Part shown: positions 53,370 through 64,000 of the stretch, one piece after another | How positions within the stretch are numbered: the stretch's first letter is position 1 | Layout: each line of letters opens with the position of its first letter | From: Haliotis rubra | Lineage: Eukaryota | Assembly: GCF_003918875.1 (NCBI RefSeq) | Contig: NW_025766026.1 | Coordinates: forward strand, 1,488,001 to 1,552,000 | Length of the DNA stretch: 64,000 nt | Reading direction: 5' to 3' | Program-made: the position numbers and the translations under genes | The notes under the pieces: model-generated | Database searches by the model: none | What the model saw: only the letters and a program-made list of their open reading frames with translations | Told to the model about the DNA's origin: nothing

Positions 53370-53470
53370 TAATCATCATCATGACCATCATCATCGTCAG
53401 CATTATTATGAACAACATCATAGTCATCGTCATCATGATAATCGTCATCATCATCACCACCATCATCACA
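53370..53470. repeat. Degenerate (CAT)n microsatellite
   Basis: catcatcat-rich run; expanded version at about 61320-61460. Confidence 0.9.
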
Positions 53471-54134
53471 TGCTTTATCGCACATCTGTTCAGTTTGTGT
53501 CAGACTTGGAAGAGAGGGACTATATTTTTACGACACTTTTACCCATTTCAAGGCGGCAATGCCTGGAAAAGCATTCACACATCGTACCTGTGTGAGAAAT
53601 GGAACCCGGGTCGTCAGTATGAAGAAAGAACTCTACAACCGATAGGCTACTTCCAGAATAGTATACACATGTGTATAATTATAAGCTCGACTTGGAATAT
53701 GATTGTCTAGATGAATATTAATACTGGTATAACCTGAGAGTATAAGGAAGTATTACCTCTCAGAATGTTTCATTTCTTCTATGACTTAATCAAAAACGAA
53801 CGCATTGGTATAAGAGGCAATCAGTGAAAGAGCTCGTATTTAATCTAAATAGAGAAGTGCCGTCTTGCAGCTCAGGTTACTTCTGATTACAGTGAAACAA
53901 TTTGTCATAAATGACAGCTCAGCAAATCTCTAAATTATATATTGTCCTGAAAAGTGTAACACACTCATATATCAATTTCTGTCATTTGTGCTTCAATATA
54001 TTGTTGTTGGTCTTCTTCTTTGATATGCCAGACAAATTGGATATGATACTATTTTATCAGGCAATATTATGGTGGGCATGTAGTCCGTATCATTAGCTAG
54101 AAAACAATTTGGTTTTGCCAATATTTTACGTACA

Positions 54135-54950
54135 TCATAGGTTGAAAGCCAAATCTGCCAGAAACTTCATGAAACCATTGCTAAGACCTTGAAGCTTTTG
54201 AGTGAGTGAGTGAGTGAGTTTATTTTTGAAGCTTTTGACCAAGGTTGTATGACGCTCATTGAAATCCTCGTACAAAGAACATTCACCATCGAACAACACA
54301 ACTGGTGATACTAAGACACCAAAAGCTGGAGCTATTGGAACGTTGCTCGACAAATAAGTCAAGTTGTCTAACGGAAAGTTAATATCCTCTTTCGTGTCAT
54401 ACAGTCTTGTGGAGAGTTTTTATCACTCTGAATCTACATGCATAGATCTAAATATCAAACAGATAAGACGGTTTCATCAAACATTTTCTGAAGGATTTTT
54501 ACCCTGGATTTTAATATCTCTTCCCATGCTGTTCGAATATACGGTAACAGTAAACAGGACCCTAACCCATAAATACTCCAGATTGAAGCAGTTGTACTTA
54601 TTGATTGGATTGTCCTTACAGCCTTGTCTGGATCAACCCCTCCATTCCAGCGAAACCGAAGATCGCACCATGGCATTATTCAGGGTCTTTTGCCCATCAA
54701 GTGAACACATGTGTTTATTATAAACAATCACGGACTTCTGTCGTATTCTGTAAACACAAGAACCACGAGGTGTATTGTATGACGACAGGAAAGGAAAGAT
54801 GACTACACAAAAAGTTAACTCATCTCCTTTCTCAAACAGCTTGGTGCGGAGAGGTTTCGTTTTGAATCTGTGAAGAGGTCTATTGATTTCCAATTCCGAA
54901 AACCTGGTCCGGGAATTACGACATTCTTAATGTGTTGTAAGTTCCCACAG
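54135..54950 (-). mobile_element. Penelope-like element RT/thumb fragments (two successive degenerate pieces)
   Basis: YLDL...STRLYDTKEDINFPLDNLTYLSSNVPIAPAFGV and LRTKLFEKGDELTFCVVIFPFLSS both resemble the PLE motif LYDKRDDFNF.IVNFPFL.SNIP...YGV. Confidence 0.72.
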
Positions 54951-56535
54951 CTTATCACTGCGCGTGTGTCGGTGAAAGGCGATAACACGTACTTCGTACA
55001 ACTAAATGTGTTTCATAGAAATTATGCAGATGCTAAAAAGATAGAAATATGGCTTTATTGGAATAAAAGTGGACAGGAAAGCGTTGAAGGCAGTAGGCAT
55101 ATCAGAGCAATACGTTTTGAATTGTTTTATTAGGATCATGGTATGACCAAAGGCAACACAAGCGCAGAATAGCAAGAAGATTATTCTTCCAAAGAGTATA
55201 GCACAATTTGTCAATGTCGTTATCTATACTTTTAGTCTTTAGAATTTGTGCAGAAAAAAGTTGAATGTTAGAGCTAACAGAAACACGGCTAACAGAAGTG
55301 CGGTTTGTTTAGATATTTAAAACTATTGAATGCATATCCATGCATATACGCTAAAGTGCAATAGCAACATTTTTTATCGTTTTATTCCCAGCCTGTTACT
55401 CTTGCAACGTTTCTTGAACGGTCGATATTATTTGAAATAAAGCTCAACATACTCCAGTGCATCAACTGAATTTAACACCTGGTAGGAACAGTTCAGTCTG
55501 TTTATTACCAGGAAACGCCAAGGATTGTGATCAAGTATGAAGCACACCTCTACCACTGAATATTAAAGACAGCAAATTGACAAATTGACCATTCCCAACA
55601 CGAGTAACTTGGCTTCATCCAATGAATGTTAAAGATGTTGGTTCGGCAACAGTAACAAGTGGAGTGATGTGCCGCCAAATCAACCCCTGACAGACCCGAC
55701 TCTCTACCATTGATTCCAATCTTGCGTTTCCTCTGTGTGTCTGATGCAATGTCTCCCTTGTGCCCAGTCCCACTGTTGGATGGCGGTAGGGGGAATGATC
55801 AAAGGAGATCTTATAACCCTCCCTGTAATATAAAGGACAACTAATCGTTTATTGATCACGCCAAGGCAGGAATCAATCAACAGCTACTTCAGCAACCCTT
55901 GTGGTGATGTTCAGGATATATTTGGTTTGAATTTTCTCAAGCGAACATTTGAGTTTTATCAGATTTTGGGGTTCTGCCATCTGAAAGATTCCAGTGGTTG
56001 GGATGATTGTATGTGATGTATTTCCAGTGACTGATCACAGTGTATGCATCGTGTGTGACGAGCCACATGTTCCGATAACGCCAATAGCTCTTGAGGGGGG
56101 TAACTGTCTCAGAGGAAGACTTGTGCAAGAAGCGGAGAATTAAGAATGTTTAAACTGATTTATCATAAAATATCTTTCCAGGGTTTTAATAACAATCAAG
56201 GGCGATGTGAGTTTGCTTTATCGCTGCACTGAACTCTATTCCATTTAGCCCGCCAGCTAAATTTTGGAGAAACGTTCAACGCTAATATTTCGTAGACGGT
56301 CACTATTTTGGTGAACTTATAATATATATTAAGTGCTAACCGACAGAATTTATAATTATATCACGCATAAAGTGGCCTTGTATATATTATTGTATTATTA
56401 GTATATATTATTGTAGTGTTTTGCCTTCATACAAGATATTTGTGTTACAATATTTTGTCCATGGCATTTTAAAATGATCACAATATTGTTAGAACATGTT
56501 TGGATGGCATGCTGTTTCTCTTGTTTACCGTTCAG

Positions 56536-58640
56536 GGGGATGGAGTAAATACCGTTTTACGCCGCACATGATATCCCGGAAGCCTGTGCACAGTTTCGTC
56601 TGCAACAGGTAAATTAGTGGCAAAAAAGCATTATCAACTGTTCGGGTAGCCGAGTAGCGACTTCACGTCAACAAATTGCCAACGTTTTGTCATCTCTTGT
56701 GACACGCAGAAAAAAGGAAGGGTTATGTTCATACCCACGATTCTCATTTAAGCTGGCTCATTCGACAAGCATGTGATACACTGAATTCTGAATCCCTACA
56801 GTGAATAAGGAGGTGACTATATTGCATGCATTCTTTTCAAGGACTACCAAAACTTGACCGTGCAGAAAAGCTGTAATGTATAACTGTATGACATATCATG
56901 AACTGTTGAATCGATCCAATTGAATTGAGAATAACCAATCTCGACAATACAGATTCCCTGTGGCATGAAACATAAAACAGAGATGAAAATTGTGTCAATT
57001 TATCACAAGGAAATCAGTGATGACACAACATACTCGCGAAAAAGGTAAGCATGTGATTCACTACCAGTAATATCAAGTAATATTGTCATCACACGTTCAA
57101 TGTTCATGACCAAGGAACCAGTTACGACAATCCCTTCCCTAAATGTCACTTAATTTCAATTTACAAAATTTGGAATGACTTTGTGTATTTGGATTTACGA
57201 AATGCTTTGCAATAATATATCTATATCAACGTGATGAAGGAAGTTGGCTTAGTGAATGGGCTTTGTGTAATGTGTCCATTAAAATGTATCCGGAAATAGA
57301 ACCGGGTCGATTCGCTACATCACCGCCTCTCTCATTAATGGTGCTTGTCGATCATTCTCCCTGTGATGTAATTCAATCACATTTCTTGCCAAATGAAACT
57401 ATAGTTCAATGTAGAAATGTTCGTTGAGATCAAGTTGTCTGTATGTCGATCTCTATAAGCTCTCATCTCAAGGTCTTGCAATCACTAGCGGTATTTGTAG
57501 CTCTATCAGAACACACTGACGCAACCATCACATAGCACGGTTGAGATTACATGACACCTCCCCGAGTAGGGCTTCTATTCCCGGCTGTGTTCAGATGGCA
57601 GTGTAATTATGTTCTTCAGTCAAACTTACACATATTACACTACAACAAATCACCGTCAGTAATTACCTTCACCTTCCTGACGGATTGACCTCATTTCTGT
57701 TGTAGAGCCAAGTGTGTTATCGGCAATACCAGGAGAAACATCCTCTGGCTGGCGACAAGACCTCCTTGTTTCCACTGATGTAACCACTTGGGCAGAACGT
57801 CATTGCCATAAATCGACATTGGTTGTGATTTTAACACATCCGAAGCAGCTTCATGTATAATAACGTACCCAATGCATTGGAAACCACTTCTTCGTCAGGT
57901 AAATAATGCAACGCAGGCTGTGAAGGAGAGATTATTCTTGTAATCACTTAGGGTCTGATTGTGGATGACTTCCTTCTGTCATAAATTGTCCCACAGAGGA
58001 AGCGAGTGAATGAGTTCAGCTGCAGTCAGCGTCAGTTATCTTCACCACATGTACTGACTTAAGTCCATGATTGTGAACCTCGATCTTGGTTGACACACTT
58101 GGTTGTCATGTCTCAAAACAAAAAAGAAAAGTTGTTTGTTGCCTAAAAGAATCAGGTCGAATTTTTGATTTACAGGACGCCAGCAGACAAATGAACGCAA
58201 CTCCGCAAATTAATAACAGAGTTTTAGATTGGTGGACATGACTCCATGCATTCAAACCTGCGATGGTATAATGTCCATAGCACTAAAGACGCTTTGTGGG
58301 ACAAGGCCCCACTTATGACATGAAGCATCCAACAATAAAACCTGGGAAATGCCTCATTAAACCTACTCCCCCGTCGTGTAACAACATTCTCCGGTCCCAC
58401 TACTATCCCCATCCAGTTTATAGTGTCTCTACTTCCATGGTCTAATACACCTCAGTACTCGTGGAAATAATGGACAACGCATTATGTACAGCCGTTTATG
58501 AGAGTCATGGTACATGTGGGTGAGCGAGGTTCCGGGTTAGGCATATTTTCTGACACCAGCGCAACGTGTCGGACTTTAGCCTTCAGATATTCAGATAGTG
58601 GACAGAACTGGACCAATTATAGGTACCATACTGCGTTGGT
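56536..58640 (+). pseudogene. Decayed spliced gene with C-type lectin domains and an F5/8 type C (discoidin) domain
   Basis: Four AG-bounded blocks: 56536-56608 GWSK...HSFVCN|gt; 56802-57044 DSLWHET*NRDENCVNLSQGNQ**HN|gtaag; 57706-57898 TTWAERHCHKSTLVVIL|gtaaat; 58176 onward EF*IGGHDSMHSNLRW...LWDKAP then LAFRYSDSGQNWTNY. Confidence 0.55.
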
Positions 58641-58808
58641 GTATTCTGCTCTCATAAAAGAATATGAGGTCATTACACCCAAAGAAGTCCCCGAATAATG
58701 ACTAGATATAATTATTGCAATCACAATCTCAAATTTGACAAGTGTACCACATGTGAAGGGGCTTGATGACTATCGAATAAAATCCTTTTGTGTATTTGTA
58801 CGCTTTGT

Positions 58809-58955
58809 GGCTGTGGGGGTAGCCTAGTGGTTAAAGCGGCCCTGGTTCTATTCCCCAGATGGGTACTATGTGTGAAGCTCATTTCGGAGACCTCCCTGTG
58901 ATATGCCAGGACTGTTGCCAAAGGCGGCGTAAAACCCAACTCACTCTCTCACTCA
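58809..58955 (+). mobile_element. Diverged SINE family 1
   Basis: ggggtagcctagtggttaaagcg...ggcggcgtaaaacccaactcactc. Confidence 0.82.
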
Positions 58956-59020
58956 CATGCGTTGCACTCTCAAAAGAAATGGGAGACCGACACCATGTCC
59001 CATTTCAAGGATAGAGAAGA

Positions 59021-59323
59021 GTGAGTGAGTGAGTGAGTTAAATGTTTACATCGCATCGGCAATATTACAGCCATATAGCGATGAAAAGAAGGTAATCAAT
59101 TTAAATAACTGTCGACAAAGGACAGTAAAACCAACTAGACTTTCACAGATATATACTTAAAACAACTAGTAATTAAATCTAAAATACTTTAACTATAGAG
59201 GACGATACAATATAAAAAAACAGGCTATTGATCGCCAACAACTGAAGGTACATCACCATACTCAGGTCCATGGGGACTTACAGTGCCTTTGCTACCTGCG
59301 TGGACCTTAGTTGGATTTACACC
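59021..59323 (-). mobile_element. Family-3 retroposon, longest copy in the window
   Basis: TSD gatagagaaga at 59010-59020 and 59324-59334; (GTGA)n tail. Confidence 0.9.
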
Positions 59324-59894
59324 GATAGAGAAGATGACGTGCAGATACACGTGTATATTCAAATTGCAATGCAATTTAACCTAGGAATCAATGCACAAGG
59401 TTTGAAACCATATTAAAATGTAATAAAATAACAGCTGTGTTTACACAGCTAGATTAACAAATTAAAAGAAACACTGCAGAGCAATTACAATGTCGGCACC
59501 AAATTATTCAATGACTGTACAATTACATGGCAGTATTAAATACAATAGCAGTGGTAATATTACCTATAAAGTTCTGATAACAATCTTCATCTCGCAGCAC
59601 TTGTGCACAAGCCTCTGAAGTAGATTTATTGATCTTCACACAACCACACGTCTCGATGTAATGTAAGATGGGAGAGGCATGCACTTTCCCACTTATATAG
59701 AGTACGTACCTTCTGTGTACATAAGTTCCGTATAAAGATCAATAAATCTAAATGTGTTCCAGAAGGTCACACTTGACTTAAATACAACATCAAAATATAC
59801 TGCCTTCCACACCATTGCTAACATTAGATAGTAATACACTCCAGACAACTAATTATTGGTAGTAAATATGAATTTTGGCAGAAACAATGTAATA

Positions 59895-60085
59895 GTGTGA
59901 GTGAGTGAGTTGAGTTTTACGCCACAATCAGCAATATTCCAGCTGTATGGCTGCGGTCTGTAAATAATCGAGTCTTGGCCAGCCAATCCAGTGATCAACA
60001 GCATGACAATCGATCTACGCAACTGGGGTGCGATGACATATGCCAACCAAGTCAGCGAGCCTGACCACCCGATGCCGTTAGAAGC
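59895..60085 (-). mobile_element. SINE family 2, 3' portion with (GTGA)n tail
   Basis: gtgagtgagttgagttttacgccacaatcagcaatattccagct...caatccagtgatcaacagcatga...aaccaagtcagcgagcctgaccacccga. Confidence 0.85.
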
Positions 60086-63000
60086 CTCCTTAATGTGTAA
60101 GGAAATCCGCCATAGAGGTTTGTTACTTTAATGAAACCCATGAGAACAGATATGGTGCCAATGAACCAAATTCATTATCAGGATAAAGTCTGCCTTCTAA
60201 ACAATGATCACAGGATTCTGGCCTGAACAAGGGACGCAACTGTGCACAACGACTTGCGTTTTCATGGCATACTTTGCTTCTGTGCAGTTGTACAATTCCC
60301 TAAAGAAAAAAAAAACATTCGCAGTGTGGTGAAATAACAGATGTCAATATAATATCCCCTCCACAACAAGCAGAGTGTGAAACAAAGAATATAAGCCACA
60401 AGAATCGAACACTCCTTGAAACAATTCGGTTCCACATTGGGAAGTCTATTGAGAAAGCTGTTCAATGATCATACAGCCATTGATTGTTGATCTAATGTAC
60501 TGTTACGGTAAAGCCGAGTGTCCCCAGTGACTGTCTGTGAGCGTGTTTATACAGACATACCCTACGGCGGAAGGCAGACCCCCGACAGTCTGGCGTTATA
60601 AAGACGTTTACCATTATCACGAATGGTGGAGAGATCGTTAATGATAGGAACTTATCTGACGTCGTTCGTTGATGGCCTGTAGCTAATGTGTGACAAAACA
60701 ACCTCTGAAACTTCCGACACTGGTTACACACGCACGTTCGGTTGCCCGCCACTGAACAAACACACGCGTAAGCAGTAAACTAATTATAGTGATTGTTCCG
60801 TTATATTTGAGAACGTTTGACTGATTTAGCTTGAGGAATATTATATGAATTTCCACCGTGTCGAAATCATCAATTACTTATATCAATCTCATGGTAATTG
60901 ATAAGAAATAAACCGCAGGCGAAGAAAAGAGGGGACAAGACAATCACATCACCATGGTAACCACCACTTCTTGTTCTTATTGTATCAATGATCTTCAAAT
61001 TGACGTCATTATCCAGCTGAGCTGACAGCCAAGCAGCCCGGAGCGTGTGATCTTCTCTCTGATGTCCTGGCTCTACTTAATGTTGGCACAGACACGACGC
61101 CAGATTGTAGTGTCTAGACTAGATGGAGGTGACGCTGGCACCTCGACTCGAGGACACCATGGCTGCCTGGAGAATGTGATCTTGAACGTTCAACGTAACA
61201 GTCGTACAGGAGAAGCTCCACACAGCTCATTTTAGTGATGAGGCTGTTACACTCCAACAAACACCTGCGATCATGTTCCATTGTTTGGTGGAACGGGAAC
61301 CTGCAGGAATTATCAACAATAATCATCATCATGACCATCATCATCATCATCGTAAACATTATCATGAACAACACCATAGTCATCGTCATCATCATCACCG
61401 CACAACATCATAGTCATCGTCATCATGATAATCATGATAATCATCACCACCATCATCACATGCTTTATCGCACATCTGTTCAGTTTGTGTCAGACTTGGA
61501 AGATAGGTACTATATTTTTACGACACAATTACCCAGGTCAAAGCGGCAATGCCTGGAAAGGATTTCACACATCGTACCTGTGTGAGAAATTGAACCCGGG
61601 TCGTCAGTATGACGAAATAACGCTACAACCGCTAGGCTACTTCCAGAATAGGATACACATGTGTATATTTATAAGCTCGACTTGGACTATGATTGTCTAG
61701 ATGAAGATTAATACGGGTATAACCTGATAGTATAAGGAAGTATTACCTCTCAGAGTGTTTCATTTCTTCTATGACTTAATCAAAAACGAACGCATTGGTA
61801 CAAGAGACAATCAGTGAAAGAGCTCGAATCTAATTTAAATAGAGAAGTACCGTCTTGCAGCTCAGGTTACTTCTGATTACAGTCAAACAATTTGTCATTG
61901 ATGACAGCTCAGCAAATCTCTAAATTATATATTGTCCTGAAAAGCGTAACAGACTCTCTTATATCAATTTCTGTCATTTGTGCTTCAATATATTGTTGTT
62001 GGTCTTCTTCTTTGATATGCCAGACAAATTGGATATGATACTATTTTATCAAGCAATATTATGGTGGGCATGTAGTCCGTATCATTAGCTAGAAAACAAT
62101 TTGGTTTTGCAAATATTTTACGTACATCATAGGTTGAAAGCCAAATCTGCCAGAAACTTCATGAAACCATTGCTAAGGCGTTGAAGCTTTGAGTGAGTGA
62201 GTGAGTTTAGTTTTGAAGCTTTTGACCAAGGTTGTATGACGCTCATTGAAATCCTCGTACAAAGAACATTCACCATCGAACAACACAACTGGTGATACTA
62301 AGACACCAAAAGCTGGAGCTATTGGAACGTTGCTCGACAAATAAGTCAAGTTGTCTAACGGAAAGTTAATATCCTCTTTCGTGTCATACAGTCTTGTGGA
62401 TAGTTTTTATCACTCTGAATCTACATACATAGATCTAAATATCAAACAGATAAGACGGTTTCATCAAACATTTTCTGAAGGAGTTTTTACCCTGGATTTC
62501 AATATCTCTTCCCATGTTGTTCGAATATACGGTAACAGTAAACATGACCCTAACCCATGAATACTCCAGATTGAAGCAGTTGTACTTATTGATTGGATTG
62601 TCCTTACAGCCTTGTCACGTTCAACCCCTCCATTCCTGCGAAACCGAAGATTGCGCCATGGCATTATTCCGCGTCTTTTGCCCATCAAGTCTACACATGT
62701 ATTTATTATAACAACCACGGACTTCTGTCGTACTTTGTAAACACAAGAACCACGAGGTGTATTGTATAACGACAGGAAAGGAAAGATGACTACACAAAAA
62801 CTCATCCCCTTTCTCAAACAGCTTGGTGCAGAGAGATTTCGTTTTGAATCTGTGAAGAGGTCTATTGATTTCCAATTCCAAAATCCTGGTCTGGGAATTA
62901 CGACATTCTTAATGTGTTGTAAGTTCCCACAGCTTATCACTGTGTGTGTGTCGGTGAAAGGCGATAACACGTACTTCGTACAACTAAATGTGTTTCATAG

Positions 63001-64000
63001 AAATTATGCAGATGCTAAAAAGATAGAAATATGGCTTTATTGGAATAAAAGTGGACAGGAAAGCGTTGAAGGCAGTAGGAATATCAGAGCAATACGTTTT
63101 GAATTGTTATATTAGGATCATGATATGACCAAAGGCAACACAAGCGCAGCATAGCAAGAAGATTATTCTTCCGAAGAGTATAGCACAATTTGTCAATGTC
63201 GTAATCAATATTTTTTAGTCTTTAGAATTTGTGCAGAAAAAAGTTGAATGTTAGTGCTAACAGAAACACGGCTAACAGAAGTGCGGTCGGCGGGGAAACC
63301 AGAAATTTAGATATTTAAAACTATTGAATGCATATCCATGCATATACGCTAAAGTGCAATAGCACCATTTTTTAAGCGTTTTATGTCCCAGCCTGTTACT
63401 CTTGCAACGTTCCTTCAACGGTCGATGTTATTTGAAATAAAGCACAACATACTCCAGTGCATAAACTCAATTTATCACCTGGTAGGAAAAGTTCAGTAAG
63501 TTTATTACCAGGAAACGCCAAGGATTGTGATCAAGTTTGAAGCACACCTCTACCACTGAATATTAAAGACAGCAAATGCCTTCATTATACAAGACCATTC
63601 CCAACACGAGTAGCTTGGCTTCATCCAATGAATGTTAAAGATGTTGGTGCGGCAACAGTAACAAGTGGAGTGATGTGCCGCCAAATCAACCCCTGACAGA
63701 CCCGACTCTCTACCATTGATTCCAATCTTGCGTTTCCTCTGTGTTTCTGATGCAATGTCTCCCATGTGCCCAGTCCCTCCGTTGGATGGCGGTAGGAGGA
63801 ATGATCAAAGGAGATCTTATAACCCTCCCTGTAATATAAAGGACAACTAATCGTTTATTGATCACGCCAAGGCAGGAATCAATCAACAGCTACTTCAGCA
63901 ACCCTTGTGGGGGTGTTCAGGAAATATTTGGTTTGAATTTTCTCAAGCGAACATTTGAGTTTTATCAGATTTGCGGGTTCTGCCATCTGAAAGATTCCAG
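60086..64000. repeat. Second segmental duplication, copy B (runs off the right edge)
   Basis: Colinear with 52149-55994, including the (CAT)n tract and PLE fragments. Confidence 0.95.
62128..62950 (-). mobile_element. Penelope-like fragments, duplicate of 54135-54950
   Basis: Same sequence in copy B (TKLFEKGDEF, CVVIFPFLS, LSSNVPIAPAFGV). Confidence 0.7.

Larger units (their letters stand above)
52151..55994. repeat. Second segmental duplication, copy A (portion matched within the window)
   Basis: tccttaatgtgt...ttctgccatctgaaagattccag is colinear and highly similar to 60088-64000; offset about 7.9-8.0 kb. Confidence 0.95.

Noticed and set aside
53281-53710. His-rich, Ile-rich or Met-rich ORFs (also 61114-61700)
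   Set aside because: All frames are open only because of the (CAT)n microsatellite and run into a decayed SINE.
55500-56140. Possible decayed coding sequence
   Set aside because: No recognisable motif in any frame I translated.
1600-59000. tRNA genes suggested by A/B boxes
   Set aside because: Each has a SINE body, tail and usually a TSD; no complete cloverleaf.

Overview
AT-rich eukaryotic, repeat-dominated DNA with no intact protein-coding gene; the SINE families look molluscan (abalone/Haliotis-like by my recollection of these repeats - an inference, not a database result). Layout: (1) a 50-bp minisatellite at 1-1580; (2) a head-to-tail array of six mosaic copies (U1-U6, about 1.8-48.6 kb) of an unidentified 5-10 kb unit that may be a decayed intronless coding sequence on the minus strand; (3) copy-specific insertions whose empty sites survive in sister copies: a Tc1 DD34E transposon (28295-29620) and an apparently full-length R4/Dong-like RLE non-LTR retrotransposon (about 40833-44463) sitting in a (TAA)n microsatellite and starting with a candidate HDV-like self-cleaving ribozyme; (4) a decayed I-group LINE with gag knuckles and RNase H (about 5.2-9.25 kb) and several CR1/RTEX-like LINE fragments; (5) a second, younger duplication (52150 onward vs 60086 onward) carrying Penelope-like fragments, with a decayed spliced C-type-lectin plus F5/8-type-C (discoidin) gene between the copies; (6) many SINEs of 3-4 families sharing one 3' tail, and two foldback MITEs. 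Boundaries without TSDs are approximate; all alignments and translations were done by eye.
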